This document shows positions 63,709-64,000 of a stretch of 64,000 bases of DNA, piece after piece (position 1 is the first letter of the stretch; every line of letters begins with the position of its first letter). The DNA comes from Vicugna vicugna (taxonomy: Eukaryota). The notes beneath the pieces are model-generated. The model saw nothing but the letters and a program-made list of their open reading frames with translations, searched no databases and was not told where the DNA came from. Location: the NCBI GenBank assembly GCA_013265495.1, contig MU058384.1, positions 5,204,792 through 5,268,791 on the forward strand, in the 5' to 3' direction. The translations under genes were made by a program, and so were the position numbers.

Positions 63709-64000
63709 AAAAGTACTCATGACATTTCTCCAAATAAAGCTTCTCTCTTTGCTTTCGGAAACCACTTGCACGCTATTTTGCAGGAACAAGTTTACTTAGA
63801 CTCTAGAACTCATCCTGAGTAGAGTGAGAATGTTCAGGAACTCTGAGGTGATTGGAAGGATGCCCTTTTGGGGGCCTTGCTGTTTAGTGATAAAATCCCC
63901 ATGGGTCAGCATTGTCCTGGCTTCCTTTGTGGCCAGGCAGTTCCATTCTGACAGGGGCCTCTCTGAGGGCTGAGAACCAGTACAGAGGTGAGGTGCAGCC

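Overview
Mammalian genomic DNA, most likely camelid (alpaca/camel group), judged from the tRNA-derived SINEs with the 'ggggagggtatagctcagtggtagag...cttagcatg' head and the lineage-type L1 3' ends. The only convincing coding sequence is an intronless 261-aa Spindlin-1 (SPIN1)-derived ORF on the minus strand (5876-6661). It lies inside what looks like a full-length processed mRNA copy (~2611-7035): a CpG-dense 5' leader, a ~3.25 kb 3' UTR, AATAAA, a residual A-tail and a possible decayed target-site duplication (TSD). The protein is only about 80% identical to SPIN1 as I recall it, yet the frame is open, both methyl-lysine aromatic cages are intact and the CpG island has not decayed. This makes it a candidate expressed, diverged histone-reader retrogene rather than a dead pseudogene. 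Around it are a G4-prone heptamer array and a strong CTCF site. The remaining ~56 kb is non-coding: SINE, L1, L2, MIR, CR1, MaLR and hAT/Tigger relics, several unusual short insertions with TSDs, a 123-bp tandem duplication and repeat-poor stretches that may be enhancers. Repeat family names and SPIN1 comparisons come from memory of consensus sequences, not from a search.
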